From: a virus
Taxonomy: Duplodnaviria; Caudoviricetes
Virus record (IMG/VR): IMGVR_UViG_3300028886_000035
Span: 192,001 to 256,000 of that record
Strand: one strand, 5' to 3'
Length of the DNA: 64,000 nt
Part shown: one piece after another, positions 43,058 through 51,646 of the stretch
Layout: the number at the start of each line of letters is the position of its first letter
How positions within the stretch are numbered: position 1 is the first letter of the stretch
Made by a program: the position numbers and the translations under genes
The notes under the pieces: model-generated
What the model was told of the DNA's origin: nothing
The model's input: the letters and a program-made list of their open reading frames with translations, nothing else
Databases searched by the model: none

Positions 43058-43555
43058 ATAACAAAAGAGACAAGGAACTACATCAAACCTTGTCTCTTTC
43101 ATTATGTAGTTTTTGTAAATAAAACCAATACAATAAAATCTTTCGTATCTAGCATAAAGATTTATCATTTCTCGTTTATAGAATTTGTCATGCATTATAA
43201 AAACATATCTGAAAACCACTTGTTACGTATCGACACATTTTTAATATAACGTGTTCTGTTAAACAAGAAATACATGGACCGATAAATCTTCTACAAAAAA
43301 TTCTATCTTCTTGATTTCTATATATATTATACAACAATTCTTTGTATTTGTCAAATAATTATTTTATAAAATAACCTCAGTCATCGCCAAACTGAGGTTA
43401 TTTATATTATTATCTTAATAAAATATTTTACCTTTTTAAACAATGGCAAGATTCGGACTTGCGTTAGCTCTCGCTAAACCACCTTGCGCGAGGTGTACCT
43501 TGCCACTCGTCTCACATTGAAGAATAAAATATTAAACCAAAATAATAACTTTTAC

Positions 43556-43595
43556 AAGACACATTATACCCATAATTCTTTGCTGATAGTGTCTT
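43556..43595 (-). ncRNA. CAGCAA stem RNA, copy 1
   Basis: AAGACAC-TAT-CAGCAA...GTGTCTT. Confidence 0.65.
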
Positions 43596-43621
43596 ATATA
43601 TTTAATTATTTAAATTTTAAA

Positions 43622-43696
43622 TGGAGCTAACGGTAGGACTTGAACCTACAACCGATTCATTACAAATGAATTGCGCTACCTTTGCGCCACGTCAGC
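43622..43696 (-). tRNA. tRNA-Thr(TGT)
   Basis: cloverleaf, CCA. Confidence 0.93.
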
Positions 43697-43697
43697 A

Positions 43698-43772
43698 TGG
43701 CGGGGGTACTTAGAATTGAACTAAGATATGTCGGGTCAAAGCCGACCGCTCTCGCCATTGAGCTATACCCCT
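43698..43772 (-). tRNA. tRNA-Gln(TTG)
   Basis: cloverleaf, CCA. Confidence 0.9.
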
Positions 43773-43780
43773 AATTTAAT

Positions 43781-43857
43781 TGGAGGTGGTACACAGATTT
43801 GAACTGTGGAATAACGGTTTTGCAGACCGTCGCCTTAATCCACTTGGCTATACCACC
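43781..43857 (-). tRNA. tRNA-Cys(GCA)
   Basis: cloverleaf, CCA. Confidence 0.93.
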
Positions 43858-43909
43858 ATTTCCTTTAACAATTATATTGTACCACTTAATACAATGTTTG
43901 TCAAGGATT

Positions 43910-43987
43910 TTATTAGTTTTTGTTTCCCTAATTTTATGTTAGGTACTTATGTCAATCACCACGAAAAGGTACTAATAATAGATTGAC
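43910..43987 (-). ncRNA. HDV-like (theta) ribozyme after tRNA-Gly
   Basis: P1 GTCAATC/GATTGAC, P2 TATTAGT/ACTAATA, P3 ACC/GGT, 7-nt L3. Confidence 0.8.
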
Positions 43988-44060
43988 GGAGCGGTATGTG
44001 AGAATCGAACTCACAATTTCAACTTGGAAGGATGATGTTTTACCATTAAACCAATACCGC
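43988..44060 (-). tRNA. tRNA-Gly(TCC), ends in CC without the terminal A
   Basis: cloverleaf; 3' TCC runs into ribozyme G1. Confidence 0.9.
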
Positions 44061-44064
44061 ATTA

Positions 44065-44138
44065 TGGGTGCAGGAAGTAGACTCGAACTACTAACGAAAG
44101 TTTATGAGACTTCCATGTTACCTTTACAATATCCTGCA
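44065..44138 (-). tRNA. tRNA-Met/Ile2-type (CAT)
   Basis: cloverleaf, CCA; identity class uncertain. Confidence 0.8.
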
Positions 44139-44140
44139 TA

Positions 44141-44216
44141 TGGCTCACCAGGTAGGAGTCGAACCTACGACCCAATGATTAATAGTCATTTGTCCCCCCG
44201 ACTGGACTGCTGGTGA
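44141..44216 (-). tRNA. non-canonical tRNA-Asn(ATT)
   Basis: AATGA-CTATTAA-TCATT anticodon arm; C at position 8. Confidence 0.7.
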
Positions 44217-44217
44217 A

Positions 44218-44304
44218 TGGTGGGCAGAGTTGGATTTGAACCAACGTAGACATAAAGCCACCAGATTTACAGTCTGGCTCCTTTAGCCACTCGGACACCT
44301 GCCC
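44218..44304 (-). tRNA. tRNA-Tyr(GTA)
   Basis: cloverleaf with variable arm, CCA. Confidence 0.93.
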
Positions 44305-44315
44305 ATATTTTAGTT

Positions 44316-44388
44316 TTATCAATTTTAGTTTCCCTTATATCAGGTACTTATGTTATCCACCCCGTAAAGGTATTGATAATAGGATAAC
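44316..44388 (-). ncRNA. HDV-like (theta) ribozyme after tRNA-Glu
   Basis: P1 GTTATCC/GGATAAC starts immediately after CCA; P2 TATCAAT/ATTGATA. Confidence 0.82.
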
Positions 44389-44464
44389 TGGTGACTCCTG
44401 CCGGGCTCGAACCGACGATGACAGGATGAAAACCTGTTGTCTTAACCAACTTGACTAAGGAGCC
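44389..44464 (-). tRNA. tRNA-Glu(TTC)
   Basis: cloverleaf, CCA. Confidence 0.92.
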
Positions 44465-44533
44465 AGATAAATGATTTTTAATCATTTATAAATTTTTCAT
44501 CATTATAAGATTTTCACCTTATTTTGATGATAA

Positions 44534-44610
44534 TGGTCCGCCCCCTGGGACTTGAACCCAGAACCTATCGTGTATAAGACGCTTGCTTCAACCAATTGAG
44601 CTTCGGGCGG
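44534..44610 (-). tRNA. tRNA-Ile(TAT)
   Basis: anticodon loop CTTATAC; CCA; some stem mismatches. Confidence 0.78.
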
Positions 44611-44640
44611 ATTTATAATAAATTTTATATTATCAACATA

Positions 44641-45180
44641 TTATACATATTTAAATGTATATCCATAATAAGATTTTCGTACACCTTTTAAAATTCTATA
44701 TACACTTTGTTCTGCACTATGATAACAAACCCCTAAATTCTTACATAAAAAATCTCTTATCATAGTAGCTATACAATCATAATGTGCTACAAGGTTTCCT
44801 GTTTTATAATTATATACATCAATCTTTTTTGCAATAGGATTTTTACTGCCAATAAAATTTCTTAATGTACTAACACTATGTTGCATATTTTCTTTCGCAG
44901 TAACCCATTCCAAATTACAAGCTCTATTATCAGTTTTTATTCCATTGATATGATTTACTTGTAATCCTTCTTTATATCCTTTACAAAACATATAAGCAAC
45001 AAGTCTATGTATAAAAACAATTTTTGTCTTTTTATTTACATAAAAATTGACATATAAATATCCCTTACCACTAGTAAATACCTTTAATAGTTTATCATTT
45101 AAATCTGTGATAATTCCATTATCGTATATTTTATAATTTGGATATTTTTCATTAATCTTATACATAATTCCATTACCCAT
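44641..45180 (-). CDS. free-standing HNH endonuclease in the tRNA cluster
   Basis: IHRLVA, VNHINGIKTDNRACNLEWVT. Confidence 0.92.
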   Translation of the reverse strand: MGNGIMYKINEKYPNYKIYDNGIITDLNDKLLKVFTSGKGYLYVNFYVNKKTKIVFIHRLVAYMFCKGYKEGLQVNHINGIKTDNRACNLEWVTAKENMQHSVSTLRNFIGSKNPIAKKIDVYNYKTGNLVAHYDCIATMIRDFLCKNLGVCYHSAEQSVYRILKGVRKSYYGYTFKYV

Positions 45181-45191
45181 TTTAATTGTCT

Positions 45192-45265
45192 TATATCAGT
45201 TTTAGTTTCTCTTTTTCAGATACTTATGATAACTACCACGTAAAGGTACTGATATATAAGTTATC
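45192..45265 (-). ncRNA. HDV-like (theta) ribozyme after tRNA-His
   Basis: P1 GATAACT/AGTTATC one nt after CCA; P2 TATCAGT/ACTGATA. Confidence 0.82.
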
Positions 45266-45266
45266 T

Positions 45267-45343
45267 TGGGGTGGTTGACAGGATTTGAACCTGCAATAAC
45301 TAGAGCCACAATCTAGCGCGTTAACCATTTCGCCACAACCAAC
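45267..45343 (-). tRNA. tRNA-His(GTG)
   Basis: cloverleaf with G-1, CCA. Confidence 0.92.
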
Positions 45344-45347
45344 ATAA

Positions 45348-45434
45348 TGGTGCGAATGGAGGGGGTCGAACCCTCACGGTATTACTACCCTGGGATTTTA
45401 AGTCCCATACGTCTGCCAATTCCGTCACACTCGC
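45348..45434 (-). tRNA. tRNA-Leu(TAA)
   Basis: cloverleaf with variable arm. Confidence 0.93.
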
Positions 45435-45753
45435 ACTATACAAAGCTAAGTATATTTAAAATGAATGATGCTCTTGAAAACAAAGATTATATAACACAAA
45501 CATCTTTTATCCAAAGATTCATTAGTTCTTTTACAAAACTTTTGTCGTTATTAGAATCCATGGTTTCTGAGTCAGCAAACCAACCATCTTTATTTTTATA
45601 TATTGTATACTCTCCAAATCCAATATCGCTGGACCATTTAAAAATAATTCCAGAATGCCTGTCATTATTAAATGGAATAACCTCTTCGATTGATAAATGG
45701 ATTGAGTCTACTGGATAATTTCTCATTAAATCCCCCCAAGAAAAATAATAATT

Positions 45754-45840
45754 TGGCGCGAATGGAGAGAATTGAACCCTCACGGTATTGCCACCCTAGG
45801 ATTTTAAGTTCCATGCGTCTGCCGATTCCGCCACACTCGC
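45754..45840 (-). tRNA. tRNA-Leu(TAA), second degenerate copy
   Basis: paralog of 45348-45434; anticodon-stem mismatch, G discriminator. Confidence 0.7.
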
Positions 45841-46039
45841 ATTATTTGATTTTCTCTTTTGTAAGATTTATCTCAACCTTACTTCTTTATTATATCAAAT
45901 CAATCGCTATCTGTCAAGTGCTTTCTTGATTTATTTTTTTTAAGAAGTAAAATATCTTTATCAACCTTACTCATTTATTGTATCATGTATCCAATCATTT
46001 GTCAAGCACAAAATTTTTTAAATACATAAAAAATCTAAA

Positions 46040-46117
46040 TGGTGACACAGGTGAGACTCGAACTCACGACCGTAGACTTAGAAGGTCTATGCACTAATCC
46101 AACTGTGCTACTGCGCC
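46040..46117 (-). tRNA. tRNA-Arg(TCT)
   Basis: cloverleaf, CCA. Confidence 0.92.
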
Positions 46118-46174
46118 ATATTTCTTTCTTACACCTATTATATAAAATAAACATATGTTTAATATAACAGGTAT

Positions 46175-46471
46175 TTGACACTCCCCATGCCTAAAGGCAG
46201 GGAATTCCTAATTCATTGACCGCAGCATCATGTGATTTAATCACATGATATATAGTTATGATAGTTATACTATATATTTTTATGTCTTACGCAATCTCCA
46301 TAGGCTTAGTTTTATACTGATTCCGTAAGCCCTACGGTACAGTTTTTATATTGTTTAAGCTACTGTTTGTTATTTTGTTTATATTATAATACAAAAGTTG
46401 GTGCTTGTCAATACTTAATTTAGTTCTCGCGCCTTATATCCCCAGCCCTAAAGGGCGGGGTTTTACGGCGC
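46175..46471 (-). mobile_element. non-autonomous IS200/IS605-derived element with an internal promoter
   Basis: terminal hairpins CCCCATGCCTAAAGGCAGGG and CCCAGCCCTAAAGGGCGGGG; TTGACA-17-TATAAT at 46411-46383; no ORF. Confidence 0.7.
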
Positions 46472-46769
46472 TTTCGATAAAATTTTTACATATGGTAATA
46501 CACCAAAATCGCCATAGCACAAGCAATTGCACAAACACAAAGGATTACATCAACTGCTCGTTTTGCAAATTGTACCTCTTTTAAAGAAACAAAAACCTGT
46601 TCATTATAATCTTTATGAACTTTTGGCTTAATATCAGTTTCTTTAATCATTCTTTTATACCTTCTTTCTATGGATTCATTTCCTCAAAACAAAAAGCACG
46701 ATAATTTAATCACCATATTATCGTACTTTTGTTAAAGGAGAACTGCCAAGAAATCAGAAATTCAAACAC

Positions 46770-46824
46770 AAGACACATTATGATTTCCTATCAATAATCA
46801 ATAAATGATTGCTGAAAGTGTCTT
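46770..46824 (-). ncRNA. CAGCAA stem RNA, copy 2
   Basis: AAGACAC-TTT-CAGCAA...GTGTCTT; promoter at ~46889. Confidence 0.65.
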
Positions 46825-47195
46825 TACTTGTATGAAATACTTCCTGCATTTCATACTTATATATTATCACATTTAATCTCATTTGTCAATATCAGATAAC
46901 ATATTTCCTCCTTTCGCTAAAGTTACAAATGCTTGTCGTATTCGACCACACTAGGTTAACTGTTCCTACCTATCAGAGCTGTTTACAGAACCTACTTAGA
47001 GCCTAGAACTAGGGTATCATTCTAGGGTAAGATAACATAAACAACGTAGTACTAACATCATATACCATAAACTTTCTTTATCTTCATCAAAATTATTATA
47101 GTAATTTTTTGCTGAAACTCTATATTTTTTATCAAAAGGAGGTGGAAGGTGTGGCTCCTCTCATGACTGAAGTCACGAGTCTCCGCCGCACCTGT

Positions 47196-47654
47196 CTATG
47201 AATGCCTTATATCCATTTCCTCGTATGCTTTCCAGTTGAATACGATAAGTTTATTCAGGAACTCTTCAATCTTATCAATTAGCCTTTCTATGTTGCTATT
47301 AAGGCAAAAAGAAAGTGGCGAGATTTTTGCGCGGAATTCTGGTGTCGCATGTTCATCATTATCATAAAAACAATCGAGCCTACATTTTTTCGCCATGGCG
47401 AGTACATTATTTCTTTCTTCTGGAATTAAACAGATAGAATTATGGATACAGAAATCATCGTCTTGTAAGATAAGCGTATCCATATCATCTTCAAGGAGAA
47501 GAACTATCGACATACCATCGCCGTCAAGCCAATATCTATATGGAAATACGATGATAAAACCATCATTAATTGATTCAATCTGATAGTTCGTATACATTTT
47601 AAGACATTGTTTGATAGGCTCAAGTTTTTTAGCTTTCGCTTCTGCCAGATACAT
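47196..47654 (-). CDS. hypothetical protein (DUF1828-like)
   Basis: FPY..DGDGMSIVL..ILQDD pattern. Confidence 0.5.
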   Translation of the reverse strand: MYLAEAKAKKLEPIKQCLKMYTNYQIESINDGFIIVFPYRYWLDGDGMSIVLLLEDDMDTLILQDDDFCIHNSICLIPEERNNVLAMAKKCRLDCFYDNDEHATPEFRAKISPLSFCLNSNIERLIDKIEEFLNKLIVFNWKAYEEMDIRHS

Positions 47655-48150
47655 ATTCTCACCTCTTTTACTAGCAGTCCTTTTTAGTCTCCCAGTATGA
47701 GTTAATCTTTTTTCTCTACTTTTTGATATGCTTCAGCGATTGATACGATTCCTCTTTTTCGAAGAATTTTCTCTTCTTCATCTGCAAGATACTGAGAATA
47801 CCAACCGAACTTATCATATGAATCAATTTTTTTGCAAAAAGTCTTTCCGCATCTTCTACATTTCGAGACTTTATATATGCTGATTGTAGCATACATATAT
47901 CCAACATCAATACTATATGCAATGATTAATTTATCTAGTAATTCATGGTCAAAGAAAAAGCAGTACATTTTATTGATAGTATCTTTAATTTTTGTGAGTA
48001 TCAGAAGTGCTCCCCTTTTCTACGTTTTCTAAATCTTCTTTTACGTCCCGGCAATAGAAGATTCACACGAGTAATGATGTGCTCCATAAGTTCTTTGTAT
48101 TTTTCTCATCTGTGAAATAGAAATACGAAAAACAAACTGCATAGCAATAA

Positions 48151-49149
48151 TTAGCCATTGCTTTCATCTTCTTTCAAAAATAAATCCTCCGTGTATCTCA
48201 ACTCTGGTCTTTTTTCTTTATATTCTTTTTCTAGCTGAATATGATATTCTTCATTATTATATTCAAGGCGTATCGGGTCAAACAAGAAGTATGGATACGT
48301 TGATGCAACTTCCTTACCATCCTTATACAAGCAAACTTCGATGAAACCATCACCTTCCAACGTCATAGATGGTTTTACCCTAACGGTGAGATAATTGTCA
48401 AATTCTCCCCACACAGCCTTATATCCTCCATCCATAAACCCTGTTGGATTTCTCCAATCTTTAAGGGTTTCTTCGTCTACTGTTATCGTCAAATCGTGAA
48501 TGATTTTGCTTGGCTTATTCTCCTGTTCGTGTTTCTCTGGCATTTTGTCATTATTGGATACTTTTTCTTGTCGGCGAATATGTGCTTCTCCTGACAGCCT
48601 AGGCTTATCGCTTCTAATCAGAGTTAATTCATACTCATCACAAGTATTGGGGTCAGTAACCCTCCATGTCTCTTGAAAATGCTCATAGTATTCTGTCTTG
48701 ATGAATTCGTCATTTTTACCGAATAAACTAAATGTGAAATCATCTTCTAACTCAAATGTCGGTGTAAAACCGATAACGACCTCATACCCGTTATCAAATG
48801 TCGCGCAAATACTTTTTACGCTTCCAGGATGTAAATATGCTGTCGGAGAATGATGAAGCAACGTTCTGCAATCCTCTTCTGTTACATAGATGGTTTTTTT
48901 ATATTTTTTAGCTATTCTCTTTTTTCTCTGTACTTCTAGCTTCTCTGAGACATAAATCAAGTGATTAATATTTATTTCAGTTTTCTCAAAGTCGCATTCA
49001 TTGTGAGAGTAATATGGGCAAACCCTACACCCATTAATTGAATAATCAGTTGAATGACATTCTTTGACAACTACACTATCTAATTCATCGTAGATTTTCT
49101 TTAACTTTTCAACTGTATTCATTCTTCTTCTCCTTTCAAGAATAAGCAT
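48151..49149 (-). CDS. hypothetical protein with a duplicated internal domain
   Basis: CRVCPY..C; two similar beta-rich segments. Confidence 0.6.
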   Translation of the reverse strand: MLILERRRRMNTVEKLKKIYDELDSVVVKECHSTDYSINGCRVCPYYSHNECDFEKTEININHLIYVSEKLEVQRKKRIAKKYKKTIYVTEEDCRTLLHHSPTAYLHPGSVKSICATFDNGYEVVIGFTPTFELEDDFTFSLFGKNDEFIKTEYYEHFQETWRVTDPNTCDEYELTLIRSDKPRLSGEAHIRRQEKVSNNDKMPEKHEQENKPSKIIHDLTITVDEETLKDWRNPTGFMDGGYKAVWGEFDNYLTVRVKPSMTLEGDGFIEVCLYKDGKEVASTYPYFLFDPIRLEYNNEEYHIQLEKEYKEKRPELRYTEDLFLKEDESNG

Positions 49150-49623
49150 ACTGTTCTCAAAACGAGTGCCAACTGTAACATCTACATCGATGGTGATGTC
49201 TTTGCTGCCACAATATGGGCAGCAGTTTTTTTTGTCGTTTTCATAATAAATCCTCTATATAGCACGCCTTTCAAGCGTCTTTTTGCTTTGTAAATTCTTT
49301 CTTCTTCCATGCGTTGCTTCCCCAATGTGCTCCGTGTTTATGCACGATAGAGAATATATGCTCCAAGGGATACTTGTAAAGCCAATCTCCTTCTCTAATA
49401 ACGAGTAGACCACCTTTTGTATAGATATTGTCTACGTTTTTGAATACTTTTTCAGCAGTTGCATCCATAAAAATTACACGTACTTCCATTATTACACCCC
49501 GTTCTTATTTCTAATAATACTAATTGCAATATTTATATAATTCATAATTTTATATCTCAAATGTCTAGTCAAGTCAACTCTATTATAAATAAGTGTTTTT
49601 TGTCTTTTATAGTCTCCACCTTA

Positions 49624-50184
49624 TTAAAACCACATATCAATATCACTATATGTAATTCCTTTTTTATTTGATAATCTGTTCTTAATAATTTCATCAAGTA
49701 CAAGTGTCTCATAATTATTATGTGTTGCGATACTAACCTCTGCTCCAAGATACCGCAATGCATTATTACCTACTTCTGTAATAATACAAGCAGAATTAGG
49801 TGCAATAATTTTAGATAACTTTTCTAAAAATAGCTTATAGTTTGGAGTTGGATAAAATAACTTGCTATCATAATGCTCAATGTCCTCTACATACCCTAAT
49901 ATTTGTGTATAACCACCAAAAGCATGTTTCATATTTTTACCAGTGTATACTTCGTCACTTTCAGCCTTATCTGCAATTTTATGCCAAAACTCTATTCTCT
50001 CGTCATTATCTCCAACAACAATATGTTGCTTAAATTTTTCATATTCAAACTCATCGACTACATAAAAATAAGAAGAACGAGTTACACAGTTATATTTAGC
50101 CATAAAATTAACTCCTTTTGTACTTTTATTTAACCAACAATCGTCGCTTCCCCTGTAAGTAGCCCAATAAGAACACTGTCCCAC
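49624..50184 (-). CDS. conserved phage hypothetical protein (likely starts at MAKY)
   Basis: RSSYFYV..EVG..LRYL motif. Confidence 0.6.
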   Translation of the reverse strand: MGQCSYWATYRGSDDCWLNKSTKGVNFMAKYNCVTRSSYFYVVDEFEYEKFKQHIVVGDNDERIEFWHKIADKAESDEVYTGKNMKHAFGGYTQILGYVEDIEHYDSKLFYPTPNYKLFLEKLSKIIAPNSACIITEVGNNALRYLGAEVSIATHNNYETLVLDEIIKNRLSNKKGITYSDIDMWF

Positions 50185-51035
50185 AAATCATAATACATAG
50201 CATGGACTCTAATTCCGCTTTTTTCAAAGTATGCCTTATAGCGTCTACCTCCACATTCAACAGTAAACTCTTCATTTAGTTTTTTATTGAATATCTCCGC
50301 GACTTGTTCCATCTTATTCGTTTGACCACATTTAATATATGTATTCTCCTCCAACGGACAATGCCATGCCCAAGTTTCTGCTCTATACATTTTTCTATCT
50401 CCTTTTGTTTATCATACAATAGGCTCATAATCTAATGGGAAGTTCTCACCCTTACCCAAATAAGTATAAGTTCTTTCACCAGTATAATATTTATTTAAGG
50501 AATCTCTTACTTTTTTACTATGCTCTAACATTTGTTTATTTTTCTCAATCTTACGCTTACGTGATTCTGTCATGGATTTAGGTTCATGTTTAGGAATTTT
50601 GTGTTTTTCTAACTCACTATTAATAAGCTCTTTCATTCTATTATCTGTAGAATTTTGACAACCGATATAAACACCATTTATAAACATCTTAACTCCATAA
50701 GAACTATTGACCAGCTTACAGTCAAACTCAGCCTTATATTGAACTTCCATTTTTATCTATCTCCTTTTCTTTTTATACTTGAGTTACATCAAAAATATTA
50801 AAATGTAATAGAATATCTATCTTTACTACTTTGCAATTATATTGCCATTAGCATTTTATTTCACCTATTTTGATTTAATTGTATCACTATTTGTGAAAAT
50901 AGTCAAGAGTTAATATTGGTCATCCCCAACTTTCGCTACTCGGATAGCCTAACGGCTACCTCGTAGCTTAGAAGTGGGGGTATTCTCTTCCAATAAAAAA
51001 AGACTTCATAAATATGAAGTCTTACCAATTTCAAA

Positions 51036-51111
51036 TGGTGAACCTGGTGGGATTTGAACCCACGACACCCTGATTAAAAGTCAGGTGCTCTACCAACTGA
51101 GCTACAGATTC
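51036..51111 (-). tRNA. tRNA-Lys(TTT)
   Basis: cloverleaf, CCA; terminator follows. Confidence 0.95.
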
Positions 51112-51117
51112 ATTTAC

Positions 51118-51198
51118 TAGACACATAGATTAATATGTTACCATATTAAAATTTAAAAATCATCATTTTTTAAATTCAAAGATTGCTGGCTGTGTCTA
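51118..51198 (-). ncRNA. CAGCAA stem RNA, copy 3
   Basis: TAGACAC-AGC-CAGCAA...GTGTCTA between tRNA-Leu and tRNA-Lys. Confidence 0.65.
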
Positions 51199-51226
51199 AA
51201 TATATATAATTATGAAATTATATTCT

Positions 51227-51313
51227 TGGTAGCGGATTTCGGACTTGAACCGAAAAGATATTTCTATCGGCAGATTTTGAGTCTGCTACGTTTGCCAATT
51301 TCGCCAATCCGCC
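51227..51313 (-). tRNA. tRNA-Leu(CAA)
   Basis: cloverleaf with variable arm, CCA. Confidence 0.9.
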
Positions 51314-51320
51314 ATTTAAC

Positions 51321-51497
51321 AAGACGCATAAATCACTTGTGATGTGCAATAAGTGTTATAGGTTATATATTGTATTGAAAGGAGAGATACAATATAATTA
51401 TTACGTTAAAGTCAAATCTTTGAAATGAGTAAGCAGACTTTTCGTAAAAACATTTAATATGTTTTAGTATTATGTAAATGATTGCTGATTGCGCCTT
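51321..51497 (-). ncRNA. CAGCAA stem RNA, copy 4
   Basis: AAGGCGC-AAT-CAGCAA...GCGTCTT; promoter at 51556-51528. Confidence 0.62.
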
Positions 51498-51646
51498 TAC
51501 ATTTATATAATATCTTTCAACAAAGACATTATAACAAATATATATTCAATTGTCAAGAAAAAAATTTGAATGTGATACAAGATTTTTTTGATTTATCCTT
51601 ATCACAGTATTTATCTTATCATACATACGAACATTTGTCAAGCAAT

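Noticed and set aside
43780-45929. Plus-strand ORFs 43780-43986, 43983-44216, 45347-45718, 45690-45929
   Set aside because: Antisense shadows of tRNA genes
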